Shown in pieces: positions 9,520-18,198 of a stretch of 64,000 nt of DNA (position 1 is the stretch's first letter; each line of letters opens with the position of its first letter). Under the pieces are notes generated by a model, which did not search any database, had not been told where the DNA came from, and saw only the letters and a program-made list of their open reading frames with translations. The translations under genes and the position numbers were made by a program. Source of the DNA: Candidatus Eiseniibacteriota bacterium (GTDB lineage: Bacteria; Eisenbacteria; RBG-16-71-46; CAIMUX01; VGJL01); NCBI GenBank assembly GCA_041946735.1, contig JBHGAY010000001.1, positions 1-64,000 of the forward strand, written 5' to 3'.

Positions 9520-10623
9520 TCACTCCACGACGATCGGGATCGCGGGAGAGCGGAAGTGGACGTGCTCCTCGTGCCACGCGTCGAACGTCACCTCGGTCGT
9601 TCCGGGCGCCTTGCCGGCCACGCGGAACTGCCATTTCCTTCCGGGGACCGGGCGGAGCGCGGCGATCGACGAGTTGGCGATCGTCCACGTGAGACGGTTG
9701 TCCGGGCAGCTGTCCGCGATCGCGAAGGCGGTGCTGTCCGCGTCGAGGAAGAGCGCTTGCAGCTCGTGGCCCGTCTGCCCGGGCGCGGCGCGCAGATCCC
9801 CGTCCCGGCGGCCGAGCCAGCAGGTCACGATTCTCTCGTCGTGGTGGGCGATCACCATCCCGCTCGCGACGATGTGGCCGCAATGTCCCTCGCCGGCCGG
9901 CTCGCCATGGTCATGCCCCCAGAGGAGCAGACCGTAGCGGACCTTGCCGTCGTACTCCGCGACGATCCAGTACGGGCCGGCCGGAGCCTCGACGCCGTCC
10001 TGGTCGGATCCCGCCCAGTGGACGTGATAGAAGCCGGCGGGCGCGGACTGGCCATAGGACCAGACGACCCGTCCGGAGAGATCCAGGACGGAGACGCGGT
10101 ACTCCCCGCTCGCCTCCGTCGTGAACTCCACCCCCGATCCTTCCTCGGGCGAGGGGTTCGGGTAGATCCGGAGATCGCCCGAAGGAGTGACCGAAAGCGC
10201 CTGCGTCACGTGCTCGTCGCGCTCCGGCATCTCGAGCCGCATCTCGGCCAAGCGGCGCCGCGGCACGACCGCCGTGTAGAGCGTGCAGCTCCCGGCGGGG
10301 ACGTTCGGGAAGCTGTACCGCCCGTGGATCGTCTGCGTGGAGTCCGTCCCGCCTCCCGCGTGCCGGCAGAAGACCCACACACCGTCCGGGTCGTCGATCT
10401 GCTCGATCCCAACGGGCGTGCCTTGCTCGTCGGTAAGGGTCGCGAGCAGGACGACGGAGCCGGTCATCGAATGGGTCGTCTCCTGGGGGGGCGTGACGGC
10501 ACGCTCCCCCTTGTCGCTGCAGCCGGCGGCGAAGGAGCCGGCTGCGGCGAGGGCGATTGCGAGGTTCGCGATCCGCTGGCGGGCGGAGCGGGCGCCGGAG
10601 ATTCGTCGGTCGGTCGAAGACAT
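9520..10623 (-). CDS. Lipoprotein with internal FlgD-Ig-like domain and His-rich C-terminal Ig-like domain
   Basis: AAGGAGG SD before ATG 10623; lipobox FAAGC; YPNP..LDLSGRVV..W.G.D..GPY; GHDHG..GHCGH and WHEEHVHF. Confidence 0.75.
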   Translation of the reverse strand: MSSTDRRISGARSARQRIANLAIALAAAGSFAAGCSDKGERAVTPPQETTHSMTGSVVLLATLTDEQGTPVGIEQIDDPDGVWVFCRHAGGGTDSTQTIHGRYSFPNVPAGSCTLYTAVVPRRRLAEMRLEMPERDEHVTQALSVTPSGDLRIYPNPSPEEGSGVEFTTEASGEYRVSVLDLSGRVVWSYGQSAPAGFYHVHWAGSDQDGVEAPAGPYWIVAEYDGKVRYGLLLWGHDHGEPAGEGHCGHIVASGMVIAHHDERIVTCWLGRRDGDLRAAPGQTGHELQALFLDADSTAFAIADSCPDNRLTWTIANSSIAALRPVPGRKWQFRVAGKAPGTTEVTFDAWHEEHVHFRSPAIPIVVE

Positions 10624-10742
10624 GGGGCCTCCCTCCTTACGATCGGAAGGTGTCGAGCGGCGCCGCCGCGTGATACTCCGCGACGCGCGCCGCCCCCTCC
10701 CCGATCGTTCGGCGTCCTGCCCGCCCGGGGACCCGATCTGAC

Positions 10743-11201
10743 TTAGCGTGTCATCTTCGAGACGCGCTCGCGGATCTGCTCCTCCGTCGGATCCTCCTTG
10801 TGAGTCGCGATCGCCCACTTGTGACCGAACGGATCGACGATCACCCCGTAGCGGTCGCCCCAGAACTGATCGGCGAGAGGCATCTTCACCTTGCCGCCGG
10901 CCTGGACCGCCCGCTCGAAGACAGCGTCCGCGTCGGGGACGTAGAGATGGAGGGTGACGCCGCTCCCTCCGTTCGTGAGAGGCGAAACCGCGCCCATGTC
11001 CGGGAACTCGTCGTTCAGCATGAGGACCGAGTCGCCGATGCGCAGCTCCGCATGCCAGATCGCCTTTCCGTCGGGCGAAGCCATGCGCCCCCGCTCCTCG
11101 GCGCCGAACGCCTTCTTGTAGTAGTCGATCGCTTCGGCAGCACCGCGGACGATCAGGTGCGGCGTCAACGAGTGGAATCCCTCGCGGATCGGTCGGGTCA
11201 T
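10743..11201 (-). CDS. VOC/glyoxalase family protein (PhnB-like)
   Basis: LTPHLIVRGAAEAIDYYKKAFGA, HAELRIGDS, DQFWGDRYG..DPFGHKW. Confidence 0.93.
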   Translation of the reverse strand: MTRPIREGFHSLTPHLIVRGAAEAIDYYKKAFGAEERGRMASPDGKAIWHAELRIGDSVLMLNDEFPDMGAVSPLTNGGSGVTLHLYVPDADAVFERAVQAGGKVKMPLADQFWGDRYGVIVDPFGHKWAIATHKEDPTEEQIRERVSKMTR

Positions 11202-11318
11202 GGCTCTCTCCTGGACGATCGGTCGTTGCGTCGATCGTGGTGGGAAGGTGGAACGAAACCGCTGGCGGGAACGCCGGACCGGAGCCGGCCGTTCCCGAGG
11301 ACCGGCCAGAATAGCCGA

Positions 11319-13001
11319 TCAGGCTCCGGCCCGGAAGCGGGATGCGGCCGGCTGCGGCGCGCTCCGGCGTTGCGTGCGCCGCGCCTCCGCGCGCCCGAGT
11401 GGCTGCGGAGCGCGCGGGCGAGCCGTCCTCGGGGGAATCAGCAGGAGCGCGCTCGCGCCGCTCGCCGCCGCCCCGGCGGCGCAGATCAGCATCACGATCC
11501 GGAACGCCCGCACGAACGCTTGTAGGATCGCCTCGCGCGCGGCCTCCCGCGCCGGCCCGGCCGCCCAATCGGGGGCCGGCGTGGCCGCGAGGTTTTCGCT
11601 TCGCTCCACGATCCATTCGCGCAGCGCCGGCGCGGCGGCGATTCGCTCGAGGCCGGCGACGAGCGCGCCGCGGAACAGTCCGGCGAGCAGCAACCCCAGG
11701 ATCGCGACCGCCAGCAGTCCCGCCACGCGCGAGACGGAGTTGTTGATCCCCGAAGCGGCGCCGATCTGCTGCGGCTCCACCGCCCCCATCACCGTCGCGG
11801 TGAGCGGCGCGACGGTGACCGCCATCCCGAGCCCGAGGAGGACGATGCCCGGGAAGAAGGTCGTCCAGTAGGAGCCGCCGATCCCCGGCGCCGCCATCCA
11901 CGCGAACGCAGCCGCGACCATCGTGGAGCCGGCGGCGAGAGGGGCGCGCGGGCCGTAGCGGTCGGCGAGTCCGCCCGACCAGCGGGACAGTCCGGCGAGC
12001 AGAAGCGTGAACGGCAGCAACGCCGCTCCCGCCGCCGCCGCGCTGTATCCCTGCACCTGGATCAGATCGAACGGCAGGAAGACCAGGACGCCGGTGAGAG
12101 AGAAGTAGAGGAAGAGGGTGAGCAGATTCGCGCCGAGGAAGGTGCGCGAGGCGAAGAGCCCCAGCGGCACGAGCGGATCGCGGGCGCGGCGCTCGACCGC
12201 GACGAAGAGGACGAGCAGCGCGCCGCCGAGGGCGAGCGAAGAGACGACCGCGGCGTCGCCCCACCCGCGGTGCTGCGAGCTGATCAGTCCGTAGGTGAGC
12301 CCGGCCAGGCCGAGGGTTGCCAGGAGCGCGCCGGGCCAGTCGAGCGGCGCGCGTTGTTGTTGCTGCTGCTGCGCCGCGCGGCTTTCGGGCACGCGCGCGA
12401 ACGCGATCGCGAGCGCCGCGGCGGCGAGCGGGATCTCCAGGACAAAGATGAAGCGCCAGGAGAGGCGGTCGACGATTGCTCCGCCGGCGATCGGGCCGAT
12501 CGCGACCGCGACCGAGGTGAGCGCCGACCAGGTGCCGATCGCCCGCCCTCGCGACTCGGCCGGATACGCCGCGCTCAACAGCGCGAGGCTCGCCGGCACG
12601 TACATCGCCGAGCCGAGCCCTTGCAGCGAACGCGCGGCGATCAGCGAGGTCGTTCCCGGAGCCAGCGCGCAGGCGATCGATCCGAGCGAGAAGATCGAGA
12701 GCCCGAGCCGGAAGATGCGGCGGCGCCCGTAGCGATCTCCCGCCGCGCCGCTCGCGAGGATGAGCGCGCCGAGCAGGAGCGCGTAGGAGTTCAGGATCCA
12801 CTGGATTCCGGCGAGGGTCGCTCCGAGATCCTGCTGGATCGCGGGCAACGCGATCGAGACGACGGAGCCGTTGAGGAAGCCGACGCCGGACGCGAGGATC
12901 GAGGCGGCGAGGACCCACGGCCGGTCGGCGGGCGCCGTGGCGCATGGCCCGGCGCCGGAACGAAGAGATGCCTCGTCGCAGGGAGCGCTTTCGATCCGCA
13001 A
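11319..13001 (-). CDS. MFS transporter, DHA2 (EmrB/QacA-like)
   Basis: GAAGDRYGRRR motif A, VSIALPAIQ, ARSLQGLG, GAASGINN..RVAG; many hydrophobic segments; GGAGG before TTG start. Confidence 0.92.
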   Translation of the reverse strand: MRIESAPCDEASLRSGAGPCATAPADRPWVLAASILASGVGFLNGSVVSIALPAIQQDLGATLAGIQWILNSYALLLGALILASGAAGDRYGRRRIFRLGLSIFSLGSIACALAPGTTSLIAARSLQGLGSAMYVPASLALLSAAYPAESRGRAIGTWSALTSVAVAIGPIAGGAIVDRLSWRFIFVLEIPLAAAALAIAFARVPESRAAQQQQQQRAPLDWPGALLATLGLAGLTYGLISSQHRGWGDAAVVSSLALGGALLVLFVAVERRARDPLVPLGLFASRTFLGANLLTLFLYFSLTGVLVFLPFDLIQVQGYSAAAAGAALLPFTLLLAGLSRWSGGLADRYGPRAPLAAGSTMVAAAFAWMAAPGIGGSYWTTFFPGIVLLGLGMAVTVAPLTATVMGAVEPQQIGAASGINNSVSRVAGLLAVAILGLLLAGLFRGALVAGLERIAAAPALREWIVERSENLAATPAPDWAAGPAREAAREAILQAFVRAFRIVMLICAAGAAASGASALLLIPPRTARPRAPQPLGRAEARRTQRRSAPQPAASRFRAGA

Positions 13002-13040
13002 CCGGCCTCCTCCACGGGCGGCCCGGCCGGGCCGCGCGCC

Positions 13041-14171
13041 TTATTTGGCGGCGGCCTTCCCGCCGTAGATTTCGAGGAGGCGATCCACGTGTCCGTCGAG
13101 ATCGCGGGACGGTGGGGCGCCCTTGCTGTACTGGCATTCGGCGCACGCCCGGATCGACGCCCGGTTGCCGGTCAGATGCGCGAGGCGGATCGCGCGAAGC
13201 GGCTCGCCTCCCCACACCTCCTCGAGCGTCTGCGTCCTCAGATCCCCGACGATCGTGCCATAGCTCCAGTCGACGCAGCAGATCGAGACCTGACCGTCCC
13301 AGTTGATCGCGAGACGCGAGAACGGCTCGGGGCAGACCTGCCGCTCGCGGAGAGGGGAGGAGCCGTCCATGCCGGTCGTCACCTGCACGCCAAGCGTGAA
13401 GTCCTTCACATCGGAGAGCGACCAGCCCATCATCGTGTCGATCGCAAGCAGATCGGCGATCGAGGAGTAGTCGCGCTCGAACCGCTCCTTGTGCTCGGCC
13501 GTCAGCCCGCTGTCGTTCGTCTTCACGATGACGCGCAGCGGGCTCCCGCGACGCCGCTTCTCGTGATAGAGGAACGCGACGTTCTCGAGGATCCGCTGGT
13601 AGGGGACCTTCGTCTGGGTGAGCTCCTGAAACGTCTTCTCCTCCACGTGGACGACGGAGATCCGGATCTGGTCGAGCCCGGAATCGATCAGGCGCGAGGC
13701 CAGCTCGCGCGTCAGCAGCGAGCCGTTCGAGGTGGTCGAGACGACATGAGCCACCTGCGCCTTCTTCGCGTACGCCGCCATCTCCGGGAGGCGCGGGTTG
13801 AGGAGCGGCTCTCCGTCCTTGTACAGGTGGAGGGTGGAGAGCTTCCTGCCGGCGCGCTGCACCATGGCGTGCAGGTCGTCGACGATCCGCACGTAGAGGT
13901 CGTAGTCCATCACCCCGTTGGGCCGTCCCACGGACTTCAGCAGCCCCTTGTCCGCCGTCGGACAGAACGAGCAGCGGAAGTTGCAGAGATTGACCGGATC
14001 GAGATGGATCGTCTCGGGGAGCGGCAGCGGAAGCATCTCGTGCAGCGGCCGGACGTGGGTCTTTCGGTACGCGTTCATTCGTCCGCGGATCGAGTGCGGC
14101 AGGCGGTGGTAGACACGCCTCAGGAGGCCGCGGACTCTCGGACGAACCTGGCCATCGCCGGAAAGGAACAT
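13041..14171 (-). CDS. Radical SAM / SPASM(twitch)-domain protein
   Basis: CNFRCSFC, DGEPLLNP, C-terminal CPEPF..GQVSICC..CAEC; GGAGG SD before ATG 14171. Confidence 0.9.
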   Translation of the reverse strand: MFLSGDGQVRPRVRGLLRRVYHRLPHSIRGRMNAYRKTHVRPLHEMLPLPLPETIHLDPVNLCNFRCSFCPTADKGLLKSVGRPNGVMDYDLYVRIVDDLHAMVQRAGRKLSTLHLYKDGEPLLNPRLPEMAAYAKKAQVAHVVSTTSNGSLLTRELASRLIDSGLDQIRISVVHVEEKTFQELTQTKVPYQRILENVAFLYHEKRRRGSPLRVIVKTNDSGLTAEHKERFERDYSSIADLLAIDTMMGWSLSDVKDFTLGVQVTTGMDGSSPLRERQVCPEPFSRLAINWDGQVSICCVDWSYGTIVGDLRTQTLEEVWGGEPLRAIRLAHLTGNRASIRACAECQYSKGAPPSRDLDGHVDRLLEIYGGKAAAK

Positions 14172-14267
14172 CGTGCCTGCACCTCCTCGGGCCGACGACC
14201 AGGATAGCATGCCGGCCGGAAAGGTGATAGAATTGCCTCGCTTCTGACGCTGCCTTCGCTCCGCAGG

Positions 14268-14310
14268 CGAGTGGGCGGGGTCGGTCGAACGAGTGGGCGG
14301 GGTCGGTCGA
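14268..14310. repeat. Two exact 21-bp direct repeats (CGAGTGGGCGGGGTCGGTCGA), 22-bp period
   Basis: Copies at 14268-14288 and 14290-14310 in the divergent intergenic region. Confidence 0.85.
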
Positions 14311-14336
14311 GCGAGGTCGGGAGCCGAGGAGAGGCC

Positions 14337-15365
14337 ATGGCGAGCAGCATCGCACGTCACGCGGAGAGCGCGCTCACATTCGAGGTGAGCGACTCGGTCG
14401 CGATCGACGAGTGGGAAGAGATCGCGCGCCGCTGCACATGGGCGACGTTCTTCCACACCCCGCGCTGGCTCCGCGCGTTCGAGCGAGCCCTGCCCGGCCT
14501 TCGCATCGCGACGAAGCGGTTCCGCTTCGCGGACGGCGTCACCGCCATCTTCCCGCTGATGTCGCACAGCCGTGCGATGGGGTTGCATCGCGGTTACATG
14601 AGCACGGCGGCGTGCTGCTACGGCGGCCCGATCTCCGCCGATCCGCTTTCTCCGTCCCACATGGAGGAGATCGCGCGCGCGGTGCTCCATGCCTGCCCGA
14701 ACCTGTTCTGGCGCCTGAACCCGCTCCAGCCCGGGCAGGAGGCGCTCGCCCCCTTCGTGACGGAGTCCGATTCGACCGAGATCCTCGACCTGCGCTCGAT
14801 CGAGAGCATCGAGGAGCTGCGGATGCATTACCGCCACAGCGTCCGCAAACAGATCAACAAAGGATGCCGCGCCGGGCTGCGCGCGGTCGAGGCGGCCGAG
14901 TGGCCGGACTGGGAAGCGTACTACGCGCTCTACGAGAAGCGCCTCGAGCAGTGGGGAGACCAGGCGACGAGCCGCTATCCGATCGCGCTGTTCCGTGAGC
15001 TGTACGAGGCGCGCGGCGCGGGGGTCAAGCTCTGGCTCGCCTACCAGGAGGATCGCCTGATCGGCGGCAACCTGAACTTCTACCACGGGCGGCACTGCGT
15101 CGAATGGCACGCCGCCTACGATTGCGACTTCTTTCCCTGCGGCGTGCGCGACTTCCTGGTCGACTGGATCGTCCGCGACGCCCGCGAGCGCGGGGCGTTC
15201 CTCTACGACTTCAATCCGAGCGGCAATCACGAAGGATCGCGCCGCTTCAAGCAGACCTTCGGCACGACCACCTACGGGTCCGACCTGATCGTGCAGCGCT
15301 CCGCCGTCTCCCGTCTCGCTCAGGCCTGCCGGAACTACGGCAGGCAGGCGCGGAGCTCGGCCTGA
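14337..15365 (+). CDS. GNAT / FemAB-like acyltransferase
   Basis: ATFFHTPRWL, YGGPI, SVRKQINK, YDFNPSG..GSRRFKQTFG; SD GAGGAG. Confidence 0.85.
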   Translation: MASSIARHAESALTFEVSDSVAIDEWEEIARRCTWATFFHTPRWLRAFERALPGLRIATKRFRFADGVTAIFPLMSHSRAMGLHRGYMSTAACCYGGPISADPLSPSHMEEIARAVLHACPNLFWRLNPLQPGQEALAPFVTESDSTEILDLRSIESIEELRMHYRHSVRKQINKGCRAGLRAVEAAEWPDWEAYYALYEKRLEQWGDQATSRYPIALFRELYEARGAGVKLWLAYQEDRLIGGNLNFYHGRHCVEWHAAYDCDFFPCGVRDFLVDWIVRDARERGAFLYDFNPSGNHEGSRRFKQTFGTTTYGSDLIVQRSAVSRLAQACRNYGRQARSSA

Positions 15366-15462
15366 GCGAAGCCCGCCGCCTCGAGTTCCTCGCCGGCGCC
15401 TGCGTCAATCCCTGACACCCCCCCTGCGCCATACTGGCCTCGTCGAAGGCAAGGAGCCGCCG

Positions 15463-15981
15463 ATGCCGGCGGAGGAGGAACCTCGCATGGAGGGATCGCA
15501 CGGAAAGAAACCGAAGGACGCCGCGCGCAAGCCGCGCGCCGCCCGGCGCTCCGCCCCACGGGCGCGACGCGGAGGTGAGGAGCCGCGGGCGGTCGTCACT
15601 CCCGTCTTCGGCGAGGCGCCGCTGCCGCCGCCGCTCGAGCCGTTTGCGCTCGGTGTGACGTATCTCGCCGGCTTCCAGCATCACCATGGGATGCACCCCA
15701 AGGTGCTCGCCCGCCTGGAGCCGGGGCTCGTCCTCACGCTCGTCCGGGAACCGGGAAATCCTCACGATCGCTTCGCGATCGCGGTCTACACCCCCGAGGG
15801 CGCGCGGCTCGGCTATCTCCCGCAGGGATGCAACGCGCCGATCGCCTGCATGATCGACGGAGACGTCACCGTCCGCGCGGCGATCCACGAGGTGCACCCC
15901 GAGGAGCAGGCCTGGAAGCGCGTCTCGGTTCTGCTCTGGATGATGATCCCCGCGCCGTGTCCGGGGCCGTCGGAGAACTAG
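15463..15981 (+). CDS. HIRAN domain protein
   Basis: LAGFQHH..LTLVREPGNPHDRFAIAVY..LGYLP; basic N-terminal extension; alternative start 15487. Confidence 0.88.
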   Translation: MPAEEEPRMEGSHGKKPKDAARKPRAARRSAPRARRGGEEPRAVVTPVFGEAPLPPPLEPFALGVTYLAGFQHHHGMHPKVLARLEPGLVLTLVREPGNPHDRFAIAVYTPEGARLGYLPQGCNAPIACMIDGDVTVRAAIHEVHPEEQAWKRVSVLLWMMIPAPCPGPSEN

Positions 15982-16034
15982 GCGGCCGGGGACGTCCGGC
16001 CGATCGGCCGAGGGCGGAAGACCGCGCGCGTGGC

Positions 16035-17567
16035 TTACGCGGGCGGGCTCCCCGGCGCGGAATCGGCGAGGGTGATGGCGCAGTCCATTTCGAGGACGAA
16101 GCGACCGCGGCGAACCGGGACGAGCCGCACCTCCGGGCACTTCTGCGCGAGACGTTTGCGGAGCAGGATGAGCCGGCTCTCGAGGTTGTCTTTGATCGGC
16201 GGCAGACCGAGGGAGGGATCGAGGCGCAGCTCGCGGTTGGTGAACTCGTTGCGCCCCTCCTGCCGGCTCACGTTCAGGAGCTTCCAGAGAATCTTCCCCG
16301 GCACGTTGCGCACGAGGTACTCGCCGTCGACGAACACCGAGTCGTCGCGCGCGTCGTAGGCGAAGGTGCGGCGTTGCTGCGTCTCCCCCGGCTGCGTCTC
16401 CCCCGGCTGCGTCTCCCCCGGCTGCGCCCCCGCGGCCGACGAACCCGCCGGCTCGGCGCCGTCGCACGGCGCCTCCTCGTCGGCCGCCTGCATGCGGTCG
16501 ATCCCCATCGCGATCTGGTTGCCGAGGATCTGCAGGAACGCCTCGTCCCATTCGTCGAAGCAGAGCGGGTCACGGCTCTCGACCGACAGCACCCCGACCA
16601 GGCGATCGCCCGCGAGAAGCGGAAGCGCGAGCAACGCCTGGGCGTCCGGCAGGCCGGGCAGCGGGATCTCCGGCGACAGGCGATCGCACTCCTCGCCGCG
16701 CTCCTCCACGCGCCCGCGGATCGCCCGCCCATAGCGCAGCGCGCTTTCCATCCCGGCGACGCGGATCATCCGGCGGTGTTCCGCCACCGTCCCGAGGATG
16801 CCCTCGCCGATCGCCACCTCCGCGCCGATGCCGTGCGGGCCGTAGCCGCGCATCGCGATCGCGACGAGCCGTCCGCTCTCCTCCTGCGGGACCAGGATCA
16901 TCGAGTGGGAGAAGCCGAGCAGCTCGTCGAGCGCGGCGAGCGCTCCGGCGAGCAGCCCTTCGAGATCCCGGGCGCGGGCGATCCTCTCCGAGACCACGTG
17001 AACGCCGCGAAGCTCGGTCAGCGGCCCGGCCGGCAGCGGCTGGGGCTGCGCGTCGAGCACCGGATCCGGCGGGAGCAGGAAGCGCTCGACCGGCTCGATC
17101 GCGAGGACGTCGTAGACGTCGGCCGAGAGGAGCTTGAACACCCCCGCCATCCCGGTGTGCGAGGCGATCACCTGGATGCGCATCGCCATCGTGTCGAACA
17201 GGGGACCGTCGTACTCCGAATGATCGAACCTAAGTCGCAGCCGCCATGCCTCGAAGGTCACCGGATGGAAGGAGATCACCGTCGCGTAGGGGTTCCCGGC
17301 AATGTTCCGCCGGGTTTTGTTGAAGAACTGGCACGACAGCGCCAGGCGCTTCGGATCGACGTAGTAGACCTGAGAAATATAGGTGACGTTCGGCTCTCCG
17401 TCCGCCGAGCAGGTCGCGATGATCGAGGGGACGATCCCCTGAAAGCAGGGAAGGAGATCCTCCAGCCGGCCCGCGGCGTGCGGCGCGGCTGCGGAGGCCG
17501 CCGCGGTCGGAGCCCCCGCCGGAGAGGACGGCACGGACTGATACGACGGCTGCGCCGGTTCGCTCAA
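16035..17567 (-). CDS. PNPOx-like (FMN-binding split barrel) + GAF + C-terminal winged-helix-like putative transcriptional regulator
   Basis: ATCSADGEPNVTYISQ..FFNKTRRNI.GNP; GAF-like GEGILGTVA..LALPLL..LVGVLSVES..FDEWDE; C-terminal GKILWKLL..FTNRELR..NLESRLILLRKRL..RGRFVL; TTG start overlaps upstream TGA. Confidence 0.8.
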   Translation of the reverse strand: MSEPAQPSYQSVPSSPAGAPTAAASAAAPHAAGRLEDLLPCFQGIVPSIIATCSADGEPNVTYISQVYYVDPKRLALSCQFFNKTRRNIAGNPYATVISFHPVTFEAWRLRLRFDHSEYDGPLFDTMAMRIQVIASHTGMAGVFKLLSADVYDVLAIEPVERFLLPPDPVLDAQPQPLPAGPLTELRGVHVVSERIARARDLEGLLAGALAALDELLGFSHSMILVPQEESGRLVAIAMRGYGPHGIGAEVAIGEGILGTVAEHRRMIRVAGMESALRYGRAIRGRVEERGEECDRLSPEIPLPGLPDAQALLALPLLAGDRLVGVLSVESRDPLCFDEWDEAFLQILGNQIAMGIDRMQAADEEAPCDGAEPAGSSAAGAQPGETQPGETQPGETQQRRTFAYDARDDSVFVDGEYLVRNVPGKILWKLLNVSRQEGRNEFTNRELRLDPSLGLPPIKDNLESRLILLRKRLAQKCPEVRLVPVRRGRFVLEMDCAITLADSAPGSPPA

Positions 17568-18034
17568 CGGCTGGCACCCCCGAGAGCGGCGCCCGCCCCC
17601 GGCCCGGGCGTCTGCAAGAAGATGCCGTCCACGTGCAGGCGCACCGCGTAGCACGGCCAACAGTTCATCCGGAGCGTCAGTCGCGGCGGAATTCCGATGA
17701 AGCCGAACGCTTCGGCGAGCGCGGCGCGATAGCGTTGCACGATCCGGCGGTCGTCCTCCCCGCCTTCGCGGATCGAAACCACCTGCCCCTTGAGCTGCAG
17801 CGAGCGGTGGTCGCGCGCCCTGGAGAAGCAGACGGCGATCCTGCCGTTGCTCTTCACGTTCTCGACGTTCCCCTCGCCCGTCGCGGCCGGGAGGAAGACG
17901 GTCAGCTCTTCGCCGTCGTCTTCGACGCGCGCGCCGACGGCGCGGCAGCAGTCGGGGAGCAAACGGTCGCTGCGCGTCCCGACCAGGATCGAGACGCCCG
18001 ACTGCAGGTATTCCGCGTGTTCGAGAAGGTTCAT
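17564..18034 (-). CDS. Small PNPOx-like FMN-binding split-barrel protein
   Basis: SILVGTRS..PDCCRAVG..ENVKSNGRIAVCFSR..HRSLQLKG..FLQTPGPGAG; translationally coupled to the downstream regulator. Confidence 0.75.
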   Translation of the reverse strand: MNLLEHAEYLQSGVSILVGTRSDRLLPDCCRAVGARVEDDGEELTVFLPAATGEGNVENVKSNGRIAVCFSRARDHRSLQLKGQVVSIREGGEDDRRIVQRYRAALAEAFGFIGIPPRLTLRMNCWPCYAVRLHVDGIFLQTPGPGAGAALGGASR

Positions 18035-18198
18035 TGGTCGGCTCTCCAGAACGGGGCATCGTAGACGCGGCGGCCGCGATCGGCAACAGAGGATCCCGGG
18101 AACGTGCGGGCGAGCGCGAACCCGAAGAACGTTCGGACCTTGCGAAGCCTGCCGCGCGGCCGACCGCGCCGGACGCTCGAAGCCGACCGGATCGTTCT

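Noticed and set aside
13041..14171. RiPP biosynthetic cluster around the radical SAM gene
   Set aside because: No precursor peptide or RRE/PqqD domain is visible.
9520..14355. 1611-aa ORF in the ORF track
   Set aside because: Only the last 367 aa (from ATG 10623 with SD) look protein-like. The rest is an off-frame, Arg/Pro-rich read-through across three real genes, expected at this GC content.
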